From contig JBEAYY010000061.1 in assembly GCA_041170365.1 (NCBI GenBank), positions 1 through 62,736 of the forward strand: 62,736 bases of DNA, read 5' to 3'. The DNA comes from Actinomycetota bacterium (GTDB taxonomy: Bacteria; Actinomycetota; Actinomycetes; S36-B12; UBA5976). The number at the start of each line of letters is the position of its first letter. The stretch's first letter is position 1. Position numbers and translations under genes: made by a program. Below the pieces are notes generated by a model. That model was not told the DNA's origin. It worked only from the letters and a program-made list of their open reading frames with translations, and did no database searches. Below, piece after piece: positions 19,231 through 29,052 of the stretch.

Positions 19231-21201
19231 GTGGCAATTTTTACAACGTCTGTTAAGCGTTTATTACTTGGTCGCGCGTTAAGAAGTGACAAGTTAGGCG
19301 ACACACTTTTACCCAAAAGAATCGCTTTACCTGTTTTTGCATCTGATGCTCTGTCATCTAATGCCTATGCCACTCAAGAAATTCTTTTAGTTTTAAGTAT
19401 TAGTGGACTTGTTTATTTAAATAGTTCAATTTGGGTAGCTCTTGCTGTTGCTTTTGTTATGGGCGTAGTGGTCATGTCTTATCGACAAAATGTGCATGCT
19501 TATCCAAGTGGCGGTGGAGATTACGAAGTTGTCACAACTAATTTAGGCAAGAAACCAGGACTTGTAGTGGCAAGTGCGTTAATGGTTGATTATGTAATGA
19601 CTGTCGCAGTTTCCATTTCAGCAGCAAAAGACAATATTTCCTCTGCTCTTCCTTTTTTTGCAGAACATGGGGTTGCTTTAACTATTGGACTAATTGTCTT
19701 ATTAACAGTTTTAAATTTAAGAGGTGTAAAGGAATCAGGAACATTATTTGCGATTCCAACTTATGCATTTATTTTTTCGATTGCAATTATGGTTATTTGG
19801 GCAGGTTTTCAATTAAGTCAAGGTATTGAACTAAAAGCAGAGAGTGCTGATTGGACTATAAAAGCAGAGCAATCTTTGACAGGACTTGCTTTAATTTTTC
19901 TTTTTGCAAGAGCCTTTTCTTCAGGGTGCACTGCTTTAACTGGTGTTGAGGCAATTTCTAATGGAGTACCTGCCTTCAGAAAACCAAAGAGTAAAAACGC
20001 AGCAACTACTCTTTTACTTCTTGGCTTAATTTCTTCAACAATGTTTTTGTCTATTACTTATCTAGCAATGAGAACTGGCGTAAAAGTTGCTGAGCATCCA
20101 GAAAATCTTATTGGTCTACCAGAAGGACAAGTTCAAAAAACAGTAATTGTACAAATAGCGCAAGCGACTTTTGGTAATTTTTTTATTGGCACTTTAATAA
20201 TCGCAGCAGTAACAGCTTTAATTTTGGTGTTAGCTGCAAATACTGCGTTTAATGGATTTCCAGTTTTAGGTTCAATTCTTGCTCAAGATAGATATTTACC
20301 AAGACAATTACATAACAGGGGAGATCGACTAGCGTTTAGTAATGGAATTATATTTTTATCAACAGCAGCTGTTTTAATAGTTTATGCATTCGATGCAAGT
20401 GTTACCAGATTAATTCAACTTTATATTTTGGGAGTATTTACTTCTTTTACTTTAGGCCAACTTGGCATGATTAAACATTGGACAAAATTAATTTCAATTT
20501 CGAAAGATAAAGAGGAAAAAAATAAAATGATTCGTTCTCGAATCATTAATTCAATTGGCTTTACTCTAACCTCAACAGTTCTTGTTATTGTTTTGGTTAC
20601 TAAATTTACTCATGGAGCTTGGATGGTAGTAGTAGCGATTCCATTACTTATGGGAATAATGAGCTCTATATTTTATTATTACAAAAAAGTAAATAACGAA
20701 TTATCTTTAGCTGATGATTCAATGCAAGTATTGCCCAGCAGAGTCCATGGAATTGTTTTAGTTTCAAAAATGCACAAACCAACAATGAGAGCGATTTATT
20801 ATGCCCGTGCAACTAGACCTAGTACTTTAGAAGCAATTACTGTTCGGGCAAATGAAAAAGAAACGGAAGAATTAGTAAAGCAATGGCAAAGTTTAGAAAT
20901 TCCAGTTCAATTAAAAGTTCTTGATTCGCCATTCAGAGAAGTAACTAAACCCATTCTTGATTATGTTAAAAGTATTAGAAGAGAAAGCCCAAGAGATGCT
21001 ATTTCAATTTTTATTCCACAATATGTTGTAGGTCATTGGTGGGAGCAACTTTTGCATAATCAATCTGCAATAAGACTTAAATCTAGACTTTTATTTACTC
21101 CAGGAGTCATGGTGGTAAGTGTGCCATGGCAATTAATGTCATCTGAAAATGTAGCTAATAAAGAACCAAAAGTTGTACCTCAAAATTTAAGACGTTTATA
21201 A
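19231..21201 (+). CDS. APC-superfamily permease with a long cytoplasmic C-terminal domain
   Basis: 656 aa; GTG start; about 12 TM helices followed by about 180 soluble residues; divergent from the trkA pair (Rv2690c-like arrangement). Confidence 0.75.
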   Translation: MAIFTTSVKRLLLGRALRSDKLGDTLLPKRIALPVFASDALSSNAYATQEILLVLSISGLVYLNSSIWVALAVAFVMGVVVMSYRQNVHAYPSGGGDYEVVTTNLGKKPGLVVASALMVDYVMTVAVSISAAKDNISSALPFFAEHGVALTIGLIVLLTVLNLRGVKESGTLFAIPTYAFIFSIAIMVIWAGFQLSQGIELKAESADWTIKAEQSLTGLALIFLFARAFSSGCTALTGVEAISNGVPAFRKPKSKNAATTLLLLGLISSTMFLSITYLAMRTGVKVAEHPENLIGLPEGQVQKTVIVQIAQATFGNFFIGTLIIAAVTALILVLAANTAFNGFPVLGSILAQDRYLPRQLHNRGDRLAFSNGIIFLSTAAVLIVYAFDASVTRLIQLYILGVFTSFTLGQLGMIKHWTKLISISKDKEEKNKMIRSRIINSIGFTLTSTVLVIVLVTKFTHGAWMVVVAIPLLMGIMSSIFYYYKKVNNELSLADDSMQVLPSRVHGIVLVSKMHKPTMRAIYYARATRPSTLEAITVRANEKETEELVKQWQSLEIPVQLKVLDSPFREVTKPILDYVKSIRRESPRDAISIFIPQYVVGHWWEQLLHNQSAIRLKSRLLFTPGVMVVSVPWQLMSSENVANKEPKVVPQNLRRL

Positions 21202-21208
21202 ATAAAAC

Positions 21209-22375
21209 GTGAAACCAGGGGACGTATTAACTTTAAATATTGAAAAAGTTGCCCATGGTGGTTTTTGTGTTGCCAGACATGAAAATGTCGTAATTTTTGT
21301 TCGACATTGTCTACCTAATGAAAAAGTTGAAGCACAATTAATTTCATTAGCGCCAGGTAAGAAATCTTGGTTTGCCCAAACTGTGAAAGTTATTAATGCT
21401 TCAAAATTTCGACGCAATTCTCCTTGCATTTACTTTAAAAACGATGGATGTGGCGGGTGTGACTGGATGCATACTTCAGCTTCTTATCAGCGTCAATTAA
21501 AACTTGAAGTTCTTATTGAGCAACTAGAAAGATTAGGAAAAATTACTCATGCTCGTGAAATTTGTCGAATGAATGATGTTGATCCTGATGAAAAAAATTG
21601 GAGAACAAAAATACGCGTCGTATCAAATGAAAAAGGAGATTTAGGATTTCGAAAGTATAAAAGCAGTGAAATTCAAGTTATCGATAAGTGCCTCATTGCA
21701 GATGAACAAGTTAACAAATCTTTATCTAGTTTAGAAAAAATCTCTCCAGGAACTGAAATAGAACTAGTTAAAAATAATAACGAAGTAATAGTTTTAGGAA
21801 AAGATAGTAAAAATATTCAAATCAAGAGGCAAGTTAATCAAGAGAATTTTGAAGCTAGTGGAGCAGGATTTTGGCAAGTACACCCAAAATCTGTTGAAGT
21901 GTTATCAGAATTAATAGAAAAGGAAATAAAAAGAATGTCAGTAAATTCCTTTTTGGATTTATATGCAGGTGTAGGAGTTTTTTCCAATGTGATTTTAAAA
22001 AATTTCCCTAGCGCAATGGGGTACGCAATAGAAAGTGATAGAAATGCTGGCGAGAATGCAAAGAGTAATTTAAGTGGATTTAAACAAGTTAAGGTATTGA
22101 AACAAAAAGTTGAAAGTTGGATCTTTAAAAATAAAGAAAAATTTGATTTAGTAGTTTTAGACCCACCAAGATCTGGTGCCGGGGTGAAAGTCATGCAAAC
22201 TCTTTGTAAAAAAGCCAAAGATAAAATCATTTATATTGCCTGCGATCCTGCGTCTCTGGCTAGAGATACGGCTGTGGCAAAAGATAATGGTTGGATTCTA
22301 GAAAAAGTTGAAGTATTCGACTTCTTTCCTATGACGCATCATTTTGAAAGCGTGGCAGTTTTTACACGAGGCTAA
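21209..22375 (+). CDS. TrmA/RumA-family SAM-dependent RNA (uracil-5) methyltransferase with an N-terminal TRAM domain
   Basis: 388 aa; GTG start; TRAM-like N-terminus (IEKVAHGGFCVARHE); Cys cluster C...CGGCDW; SAM motif LDLYAGVG; DPPRSGAG; catalytic Cys context IIYIACDPASLARD. Confidence 0.8.
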   Translation: MKPGDVLTLNIEKVAHGGFCVARHENVVIFVRHCLPNEKVEAQLISLAPGKKSWFAQTVKVINASKFRRNSPCIYFKNDGCGGCDWMHTSASYQRQLKLEVLIEQLERLGKITHAREICRMNDVDPDEKNWRTKIRVVSNEKGDLGFRKYKSSEIQVIDKCLIADEQVNKSLSSLEKISPGTEIELVKNNNEVIVLGKDSKNIQIKRQVNQENFEASGAGFWQVHPKSVEVLSELIEKEIKRMSVNSFLDLYAGVGVFSNVILKNFPSAMGYAIESDRNAGENAKSNLSGFKQVKVLKQKVESWIFKNKEKFDLVVLDPPRSGAGVKVMQTLCKKAKDKIIYIACDPASLARDTAVAKDNGWILEKVEVFDFFPMTHHFESVAVFTRG

Positions 22376-22426
22376 AAGTAAAATCTTGCAGGCTGATAGT
22401 CTTAATTAAATAGTAAATCGTGAGGT

Positions 22427-25078
22427 TTGATGAGCATTAATTCTTTTGACGCCAAAGTTAATCTTGATTTTAATTCAAGAACTTGTCAAATGTATGACAT
22501 AAATAAAGTTTCTGGCTCAAAATCTTTACCATTCAGCTTAAAAATTCTTCTTGAGAATCTTTTAAGAACCGAAGATGGAATTAATGTCACAAAAGATCAT
22601 ATAAATGCAATTGCTAATTGGGATGAAAATGCAGAACCAAGCATTGAAATTCCTTACACTCCTGCAAGAGTTATCATGCAAGATTTCACTGGAGTGCCAG
22701 CAATCGTTGATTTAGCCACCATGCGTGAAGCAATGATTGATTTAGGCGGTAATCCTGAAAAAGTAAATCCACTTGCACCTGCTGAATTGGTAATTGACCA
22801 CTCGGTAATTGCAGATTCATTTGGTTCCAATATGTCATTTCAAATAAATGTCGATTTGGAATATGAAAGAAATGAAGAGCGTTATCAATTTTTACGCTGG
22901 GGACAAGGAGCATTTTCTGAATTCAAAGTAGTTCCACCAGGAACAGGAATTGTTCATCAAGTAAATATTGAAAATTTAGCAAGAGTTGTTTTTGAAAAAG
23001 ATTCACTTGTCTATCCAGACACCGTTGTTGGTACAGATTCACACACCACCATGGTTAATGGTTTAGGAGTTTTAGGTTGGGGTGTTGGAGGAATTGAAGC
23101 AGAAGCTGCGATGCTGGGTCAGCCAGTAAGCATGCTAATTCCAAAAGTTGTGGGTTTTAAATTAACTGGATCTTTAAAAGAAGGCGTGACAGCAACTGAT
23201 TTAGTTTTAACAATCACAGAAATTTTGAGAAAACATGGCGTTGTGGGAAAGTTTGTCGAATTTTATGGAGCAGGTTGTTCTTCAGTTCCATTAGCAAATA
23301 GAGCAACCATTGGAAATATGAGTCCAGAATATGGTTCAACTGTTGCGATATTTCCAATTGATGAACAAACTATTGAATATCTAAAGTTCACAGGTAGAAG
23401 TAAAGACCAACTTGCCTTAGTGGAAAGTTATGCAAAGAAACAAGGATTATGGCTAGATCCAAATCATGAACCAAGATTTAGTGAACACTTGCAACTTGAT
23501 CTTTCAACAATTGAACCAAGTATTGCAGGCCCTAAAAGACCGCAAGATCGAGTTAGCTTAAAAAATGCGAAAGATAATTTCAATAAAGTTCTTCCTAATT
23601 ACACCAATGAATTAGATAAAAAAATTGTAGTTAATTTAGACGGTGAAAAATTTGATTTAACCCACGGAGCAGTCGTTATTGCAGCTATTACTTCTTGTAC
23701 TAATACTTCAAATCCTGAAGTCATGATTGGTGCAGGATTAGTTGCTAAAAAGGCAGTTGAAGCTGGTTTATCTAGATCTACTTGGGTAAAAACAACTCTT
23801 GCCCCAGGCTCTCAAGTGGTAACTGATTATTTGAATAAATCTGGCTTAACACCTTATTTAAGTAAATTAGGTTTTGATTTAGTCGGTTATGGCTGTACAA
23901 CATGTATTGGAAATAGTGGACCTCTACCTGAAGCAATTAGTGCTGCAATAAATAAAGCCGATCTAGCGGCAGTTTCGGTATTAAGTGGCAATAGAAACTT
24001 TGAAGGAAGAATTAATCCTGATGTAAAAATGAATTATTTGGCTTCCCCTCCACTGGTAGTGGCATATGCAATTGCTGGAACCATGAATATTGATCTAAAT
24101 AATGATCCAATTGGGGTAAATCAAGATGGCAAAAACATCTTTTTGAAAGATATTTGGCCAAATACAAAAGAAATTCAAGACTGCATTAATCAGGCAATAG
24201 ATAGTGAAATGTTTGTTAAAAGATATGCAGATGTTTTCAAAGGCGATGATCGTTGGCAAAAACTTCCTACCCCAACAGGAAAAACATTTACCTGGTCAAA
24301 TTCAAGTACCTATGTAAGAAAACCTCCGTATTTTGAAAACATGCCAAAATCTCCGCAAAAAGTAACTGATATTTCCAATGCAAGGGTTCTTGCTTGGTTA
24401 GGAGATTCTGTAACTACAGATCACATCTCGCCTGCAGGAAGTATCAAGATTGATTCTCCAGCTGGCAAATATTTGATTGAGCATGGCATTGATAAAAAAG
24501 ATTTCAATTCATACGGTTCAAGACGTGGAAACCATGAAGTAATGATTCGCGGAACTTTTGCCAACATTAGACTAAAAAATAAATTACTTAAAGACGTTGA
24601 AGGTGGATTTACTTATAATTTCTTAAAAAATAAACAAGACACAATTTATGATGCAAGTGTTGACTATATAAATAACAAAATTCCTTTAATTATTCTTGCA
24701 GGCAAAGAATACGGTTCAGGTTCTTCCAGAGATTGGGCAGCAAAAGGAACTGCGTTGCTTGGAGTAAAGGCAGTAATCGCAGAATCTTACGAAAGAATTC
24801 ATAGAAGTAATTTAGTTGGAATGGGCGTATTACCTCTGCAATTTGTTGATGGGCAAAATGTTGAATCACTAGGTTTAGATGGTTCTGAATCATTTAGTAT
24901 TTCTGGAATTGAAAAATTAAATGAAAACTTAATTCCCCAAACTCTAGAAGTAACTGCTCAAGGAAAAAGTGAGGAAAAGAAATTCCTGGTTAAATTAAGA
25001 ATCGATACTCCTGGAGAAGCTGATTATTATCGAAACGGTGGAATATTACCTTTCGTATTAAGACAATTGGCTAAGTAA
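22427..25078 (+). CDS. acnA: Aconitate hydratase A
   Basis: 883 aa; [19 protein letters not shown] and [12 protein letters not shown] Fe-S ligand motifs. Confidence 0.95.
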   Translation: MMSINSFDAKVNLDFNSRTCQMYDINKVSGSKSLPFSLKILLENLLRTEDGINVTKDHINAIANWDENAEPSIEIPYTPARVIMQDFTGVPAIVDLATMREAMIDLGGNPEKVNPLAPAELVIDHSVIADSFGSNMSFQINVDLEYERNEERYQFLRWGQGAFSEFKVVPPGTGIVHQVNIENLARVVFEKDSLVYPDTVVGTDSHTTMVNGLGVLGWGVGGIEAEAAMLGQPVSMLIPKVVGFKLTGSLKEGVTATDLVLTITEILRKHGVVGKFVEFYGAGCSSVPLANRATIGNMSPEYGSTVAIFPIDEQTIEYLKFTGRSKDQLALVESYAKKQGLWLDPNHEPRFSEHLQLDLSTIEPSIAGPKRPQDRVSLKNAKDNFNKVLPNYTNELDKKIVVNLDGEKFDLTHGAVVIAAITSCTNTSNPEVMIGAGLVAKKAVEAGLSRSTWVKTTLAPGSQVVTDYLNKSGLTPYLSKLGFDLVGYGCTTCIGNSGPLPEAISAAINKADLAAVSVLSGNRNFEGRINPDVKMNYLASPPLVVAYAIAGTMNIDLNNDPIGVNQDGKNIFLKDIWPNTKEIQDCINQAIDSEMFVKRYADVFKGDDRWQKLPTPTGKTFTWSNSSTYVRKPPYFENMPKSPQKVTDISNARVLAWLGDSVTTDHISPAGSIKIDSPAGKYLIEHGIDKKDFNSYGSRRGNHEVMIRGTFANIRLKNKLLKDVEGGFTYNFLKNKQDTIYDASVDYINNKIPLIILAGKEYGSGSSRDWAAKGTALLGVKAVIAESYERIHRSNLVGMGVLPLQFVDGQNVESLGLDGSESFSISGIEKLNENLIPQTLEVTAQGKSEEKKFLVKLRIDTPGEADYYRNGGILPFVLRQLAK

Positions 25079-25079
25079 A

Positions 25080-26471
25080 ATGTCACGTAATTTGGTTGCT
25101 GGTGTTGATTCATCAACACAATCTGTAAAAATTGTAATTAGAGATGCCCAAACTGGAGAATTAGTTAGAGAAGCAAGAGGCACTCATCCCGATGCAACTG
25201 AAGTAGATCCATTAATTTGGTGGAATGAATTTGAAAATAAATCAAAAGATTTATTCGAAGATGTAAAAGCTATTTCAATAGGTGCACAACAACATGGAAT
25301 GGTTGTTGTTGATGAAAATAAGAACGTTGTTAGAGATGCACTTTTATGGAACGATACCCGATCTGCTCAAGATGCAAATGATTTAATTTCTGAACTTGGC
25401 GGTGCGCAAAAATGGGCAGACGCAATCGGTTCAATGCCTGTTGCATCCTTTACGGTTACTAAACTTCGTTGGCTTGCAAAAAATGAACCAGAAAATGCAA
25501 AAAAAGTTTCAGGTGTCATGTTGCCACATGATTATTTAAGTTGGAATTTGATGAATAAACCAGATGAATTTGTAACAGATAGAGGAGATGCATCTGGAAC
25601 TGGTTATTGGTCTCCGCAAACAAATGAATACAGAAAAGATTTATTAAAACTTGCTTTTGGCAGAGAAATTCAAGTTCCAAGAGTTGCTAATCCAAACGAA
25701 GTAATTGGAGAAACTAAATCAGGAATAAAAATTGGCCCAGGTTCTGGCGACAATATGGCTGCAGCTTTAGGCCTTGGTGCGCAAACCGGTGACATTGTTA
25801 TTTCTTTAGGAACTTCTGGAACTGCATATACAGTTTCAGCAAATCCAACAAATGATTCATCTGGAATAATTGCAGGTTTTGCTGATGCAACTGGAAACTA
25901 TTTACCACTTGCTTGCACATTGAATGCTGCAAGAGTTATAAATGCAGGTGCTGCAACATTAAATGTTTCATTAGATGATTTTGCTCAGCTTGCGTTGAAT
26001 GCAAAACCTGGATCAGAAGGTCTTGTGCTGTTGCCATTTTTGGATGGAGAAAGAACTCCTAATCTGCCAAATTCAAAGGGTTCACTACACGGATTAACTA
26101 GAAATAATTTAACGCCACAAAATTTTGCTAGAGCTTGCATTGAAGGAATGCTTTGTTCATTAGCTGAAGCAAGTGATTACATTACAAATTTTGGGCAAAA
26201 GACCAAACCAAATCGAGTAGTTTTAATTGGAGGAGCTGCAGTTTCAAAAGCAGTTCAAGAAATTGCTGCAACATTATTTGAAGTCCCAGTTCATGTTCCA
26301 CCAATGTCTGAATATGTTGCAGATGGTGCTGCTAGACAAGCAGCTTGGGTTTTATCTGGTGAAACTAAACCTCCAGTCTGGGAAGAAAAGGGAAGCGTTG
26401 AAATCAAGCCAAATTACAAAGACTTTGTCCGAAGCGGGTATCGAGAAGCGTTTAATTCCCTATATCGATAG
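25080..26471 (+). CDS. xylB: Xylulokinase (FGGY carbohydrate kinase)
   Basis: 463 aa; GVDSSTQSVK N-terminus, LWND.R and GSGDNMAAALG motifs; next to xylA. Confidence 0.85.
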   Translation: MSRNLVAGVDSSTQSVKIVIRDAQTGELVREARGTHPDATEVDPLIWWNEFENKSKDLFEDVKAISIGAQQHGMVVVDENKNVVRDALLWNDTRSAQDANDLISELGGAQKWADAIGSMPVASFTVTKLRWLAKNEPENAKKVSGVMLPHDYLSWNLMNKPDEFVTDRGDASGTGYWSPQTNEYRKDLLKLAFGREIQVPRVANPNEVIGETKSGIKIGPGSGDNMAAALGLGAQTGDIVISLGTSGTAYTVSANPTNDSSGIIAGFADATGNYLPLACTLNAARVINAGAATLNVSLDDFAQLALNAKPGSEGLVLLPFLDGERTPNLPNSKGSLHGLTRNNLTPQNFARACIEGMLCSLAEASDYITNFGQKTKPNRVVLIGGAAVSKAVQEIAATLFEVPVHVPPMSEYVADGAARQAAWVLSGETKPPVWEEKGSVEIKPNYKDFVRSGYREAFNSLYR

Positions 26472-26576
26472 TCAGCAATTATTGTTACAAAAAGTTACCG
26501 AAAAGTAATACTTCTGGTGCTCTTTTGTGACTACCTTTGCTAGACCCCAAAAAGAGGTTCAGGGTAAGTTATCTTC

Positions 26577-26597
26577 TATAGCAAATTATTTGCAATA
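26577..26597. promoter_or_regulatory. 21-bp near-perfect palindrome, candidate operator upstream of xylA
   Basis: TATAGCAAAT-T-ATTTGCAATA, 9 of 10 arm positions complementary; ends 26 nt before the xylA ATG. Confidence 0.3.
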
Positions 26598-26623
26598 AAA
26601 ATCCTTTTGAAATGAGGTTGTGA

Positions 26624-27793
26624 ATGTCTGACGCTTTGACTCCAAAAAGAGAAGACAAATTTGCATTTGGTTTATGGACAATTGGTCACTCAGGTAGAGA
26701 TCCATTCGGTGAAGCAACAAGACCACCAATATATCCAGCAGATTTTGTAAGAAAACTTGGTGAATTAAATGTTTGGGGAGTTTCATTTCACGACGATGAT
26801 TTACTTCCTTATGGTTCAACACTTGCAGAACAAGACAAAATTAAAAAAGATTTTAGAAAATCGTTAGATGATTCAGGTGTTGTTGTTTCAATGGCAACAA
26901 CAAATTTATTTACTCATCCTGTTTTTAAAGATGGTGCATTTACTTCTAATGATCCACAAATTAGAAGGTATGCAATTCAAAAAGTTTTGAAAGCTCTTGA
27001 TGTCGGTGCCGAATTTGGTGCACCAACCGCAGTTTTCTGGGGTGGACGCGAAGGTGTTGAATCAGCAGGTTCTAAATATCCTATAGATGCTTTAGAAAGA
27101 TATAGAGAAGCATTAAATTTCTTCATTGGTTATATAAAAGATAAAGGTTACAAAATGCGTATGGCATTAGAACCTAAACCAAATGAACCAAGAGGCGATA
27201 CATTCTTGCCAACAATTGGTCATGCCATGGCATTTATTGAAACTCTTGATGATCCGAGCATGGTTGGTATTAATCCAGAAGTTGCACACGAAACTATGGC
27301 TGGGCTTTCTTTCTATCAAGGAGTTGCTCAAGCTGTTTGGCAAAAGAAGTTATTCCACATCGATTTGAATGATCAAAAAATTGGTAGATACGATCAAGAT
27401 CTTCGTTTTGGTTCAGAAGGAATAAAAGATAATTTCTTCCTAGTTAGATTGTTAGAAAAAACTGGCTACTCAGGTCCAAAACATTTTGACTCTCGTCCGT
27501 ATCGAAATGAACATGGCGATGGAATTTGGGAATTTGCCAAAAATTCAATGAGAAATTATTTAGCACTTGCAGAAAAAGCACGCGCATACGATGCTGATCC
27601 AGAAGTAAAGGAAGCTCATAAAGTTTCTGGTCATGATTCATTAGCGCAACCAACTGTCGGAGGTTATTCCTCAGATTCAGCTAACAAGTTGAAACAGGAG
27701 GTGTTTGACGCCGACAAGCTAGCAGAACGTGGATTCTTTAACGAGAGACTCGATCAGTTAGCTATTGATCACATTCTTGGTTTAAAAAAATAA
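26624..27793 (+). CDS. xylA: Xylose isomerase (class I, actinobacterial type)
   Basis: 389 aa; DKFAFGLWTIGH, FHDDDL, LEPKPNEPRGD and NPEVAHE motifs. Confidence 0.93.
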   Translation: MSDALTPKREDKFAFGLWTIGHSGRDPFGEATRPPIYPADFVRKLGELNVWGVSFHDDDLLPYGSTLAEQDKIKKDFRKSLDDSGVVVSMATTNLFTHPVFKDGAFTSNDPQIRRYAIQKVLKALDVGAEFGAPTAVFWGGREGVESAGSKYPIDALERYREALNFFIGYIKDKGYKMRMALEPKPNEPRGDTFLPTIGHAMAFIETLDDPSMVGINPEVAHETMAGLSFYQGVAQAVWQKKLFHIDLNDQKIGRYDQDLRFGSEGIKDNFFLVRLLEKTGYSGPKHFDSRPYRNEHGDGIWEFAKNSMRNYLALAEKARAYDADPEVKEAHKVSGHDSLAQPTVGGYSSDSANKLKQEVFDADKLAERGFFNERLDQLAIDHILGLKK

Positions 27794-27850
27794 AATCAAA
27801 AGTTTTATTTAATTTAAATCAAGATTAAAAACAAACAAAAGGAGAACTGA

Positions 27851-28954
27851 GTGTTAAAACGCTCTTTCGGAGTAGCAGCAGTTACCGCTGCAGCAGCTCT
27901 TTTATTAGCAGCATGCTCAAGCGGTTCAAGTGATTCCGCAGCAACTGAAGACACAGCAGCAGCAGCTGCAAGTGGTTTAGCTTGCGTAATCTTGCCAGAC
28001 TCTGCATCATCCCCACGTTGGGAAAATGGAGATCGTCCAGCATTGAAGGAAGCTCTTGAATCAGCCGGTTTCACAACCGACATTCAAAACGCTGAAGGCG
28101 ACACTGCAAAGATGTTGACCATTGGTGACCAAATGCTTGCATCTGGTTGCAACGTAATGATCATCACCGATTATCAAGGTGCTGGTGCACAAGTTGCTGC
28201 TAAATCAAAAGCACAAGGCGTACCAACAATCGCTTATGACCGTCCAATTGAAGGTGTCGACTACTACGTTTCATTTGACAACGTAACAGTTGGAACTCTT
28301 CAAGGTGAAGGTATCTTGAAGTGCTTAGCAGATGCAGGTAAAGATCCAAAGACCGCTGAATTGATCTTCCTAGATGGAGACCCAACAGACGGAAACGCAG
28401 CAATGTTTGCTGAAGGATATGACACTGCACTTAAAGCAGCAGGTGTAGAAGTTGACAAAGCAGCACTTGGCGCAAAACGTCCAGATGGAACATGGGATGG
28501 CGCAAAAGCTGGAACAAACTTCGAACAAGCTCTTACTGCAAATGGTGGAAAAGTTGACGCAGTTGTGTCAGCAAACGACACCAACGCAGCATCAGCAATT
28601 GCAATCCTAGACAAGAACAACTTGAAAGTTCCAGTATCTGGACAAGATGCTTCTGTTGAAGGTTTGACAAACGTATTGTCAGGCAAGCAATGTATGACAG
28701 TCTTCAAAGATTATTTAGTTGAAGCTTCAACAGCTGCTGAATTGGCAATCGCAATCTTGAAGGGTGAAACCCCAACAACCAATAAACAATTGGCTGATGG
28801 AACACCATTCCAAGCAGCAGATCCACAAGCGTTGTATGCAGATGCAGCATCACTTGACGGATTCAAAGCAGCACTTGACCGCATTGGCAAAACCGCAGCA
28901 GATGTTTGCGTCGGCGATGCAGCAGCCAAGTGTACAGAAATCGGTCTTTCCTAA
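27851..28954 (+). CDS. Sugar (probably xylose/pentose) ABC transporter substrate-binding lipoprotein, CUT2 type
   Basis: 367 aa; GTG start with SD AAGGAG; lipobox LLAAC-S; periplasmic-binding-protein type I pattern; context with xylAB and a CUT2 permease. Confidence 0.8.
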   Translation: MLKRSFGVAAVTAAAALLLAACSSGSSDSAATEDTAAAAASGLACVILPDSASSPRWENGDRPALKEALESAGFTTDIQNAEGDTAKMLTIGDQMLASGCNVMIITDYQGAGAQVAAKSKAQGVPTIAYDRPIEGVDYYVSFDNVTVGTLQGEGILKCLADAGKDPKTAELIFLDGDPTDGNAAMFAEGYDTALKAAGVEVDKAALGAKRPDGTWDGAKAGTNFEQALTANGGKVDAVVSANDTNAASAIAILDKNNLKVPVSGQDASVEGLTNVLSGKQCMTVFKDYLVEASTAAELAIAILKGETPTTNKQLADGTPFQAADPQALYADAASLDGFKAALDRIGKTAADVCVGDAAAKCTEIGLS

Positions 28955-28973
28955 GATCTGATTTAAAGCACGT

Positions 28974-29015
28974 ATATATGGTCTTGACACCATTAAAGGT
29001 GTCAAGACCATATAT
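28974..29015 (+). terminator. Perfect 18-bp stem / 6-nt loop hairpin between the binding-protein and ATPase genes (attenuator or mRNA-stabilising element)
   Basis: ATATATGGTCTTGACACC-ATTAAA-GGTGTCAAGACCATATAT read directly; 20 nt after the stop codon; no strong U-tract. Confidence 0.6.
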
Positions 29016-29052
29016 TTAAATAGAGCAATAACCCGGTCGAAGGAGAATTTAC

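Noticed and set aside
21838-22230. 130-aa minus-strand ORF inside the RNA methyltransferase gene. Similar antisense ORFs lie at 3530-3841, 7269-7577, 51641-51955, 52334-52603 and 57839-58231.
   Set aside because: All lie entirely within strongly supported genes on the opposite strand. They lack SDs and have low-complexity or hydrophobic nonsense translations.
26227-26508. 93-aa plus-strand alternative-frame ORF overlapping the xylB 3' end
   Set aside because: It is out of frame with a well-supported xylB and has no motif or SD. Its Lys/Gln/Leu-rich translation is typical of an off-frame reading of AT-rich coding sequence.
27814-28929. Three long minus-strand ORFs (27814-28083, 28300-28707, 28711-28929) overlapping the binding-protein gene
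   Set aside because: They are a by-product of the locally stop-poor, GCN-rich codon usage of the plus-strand gene. Their translations are Ala/Ser/Pro low complexity with no motifs.
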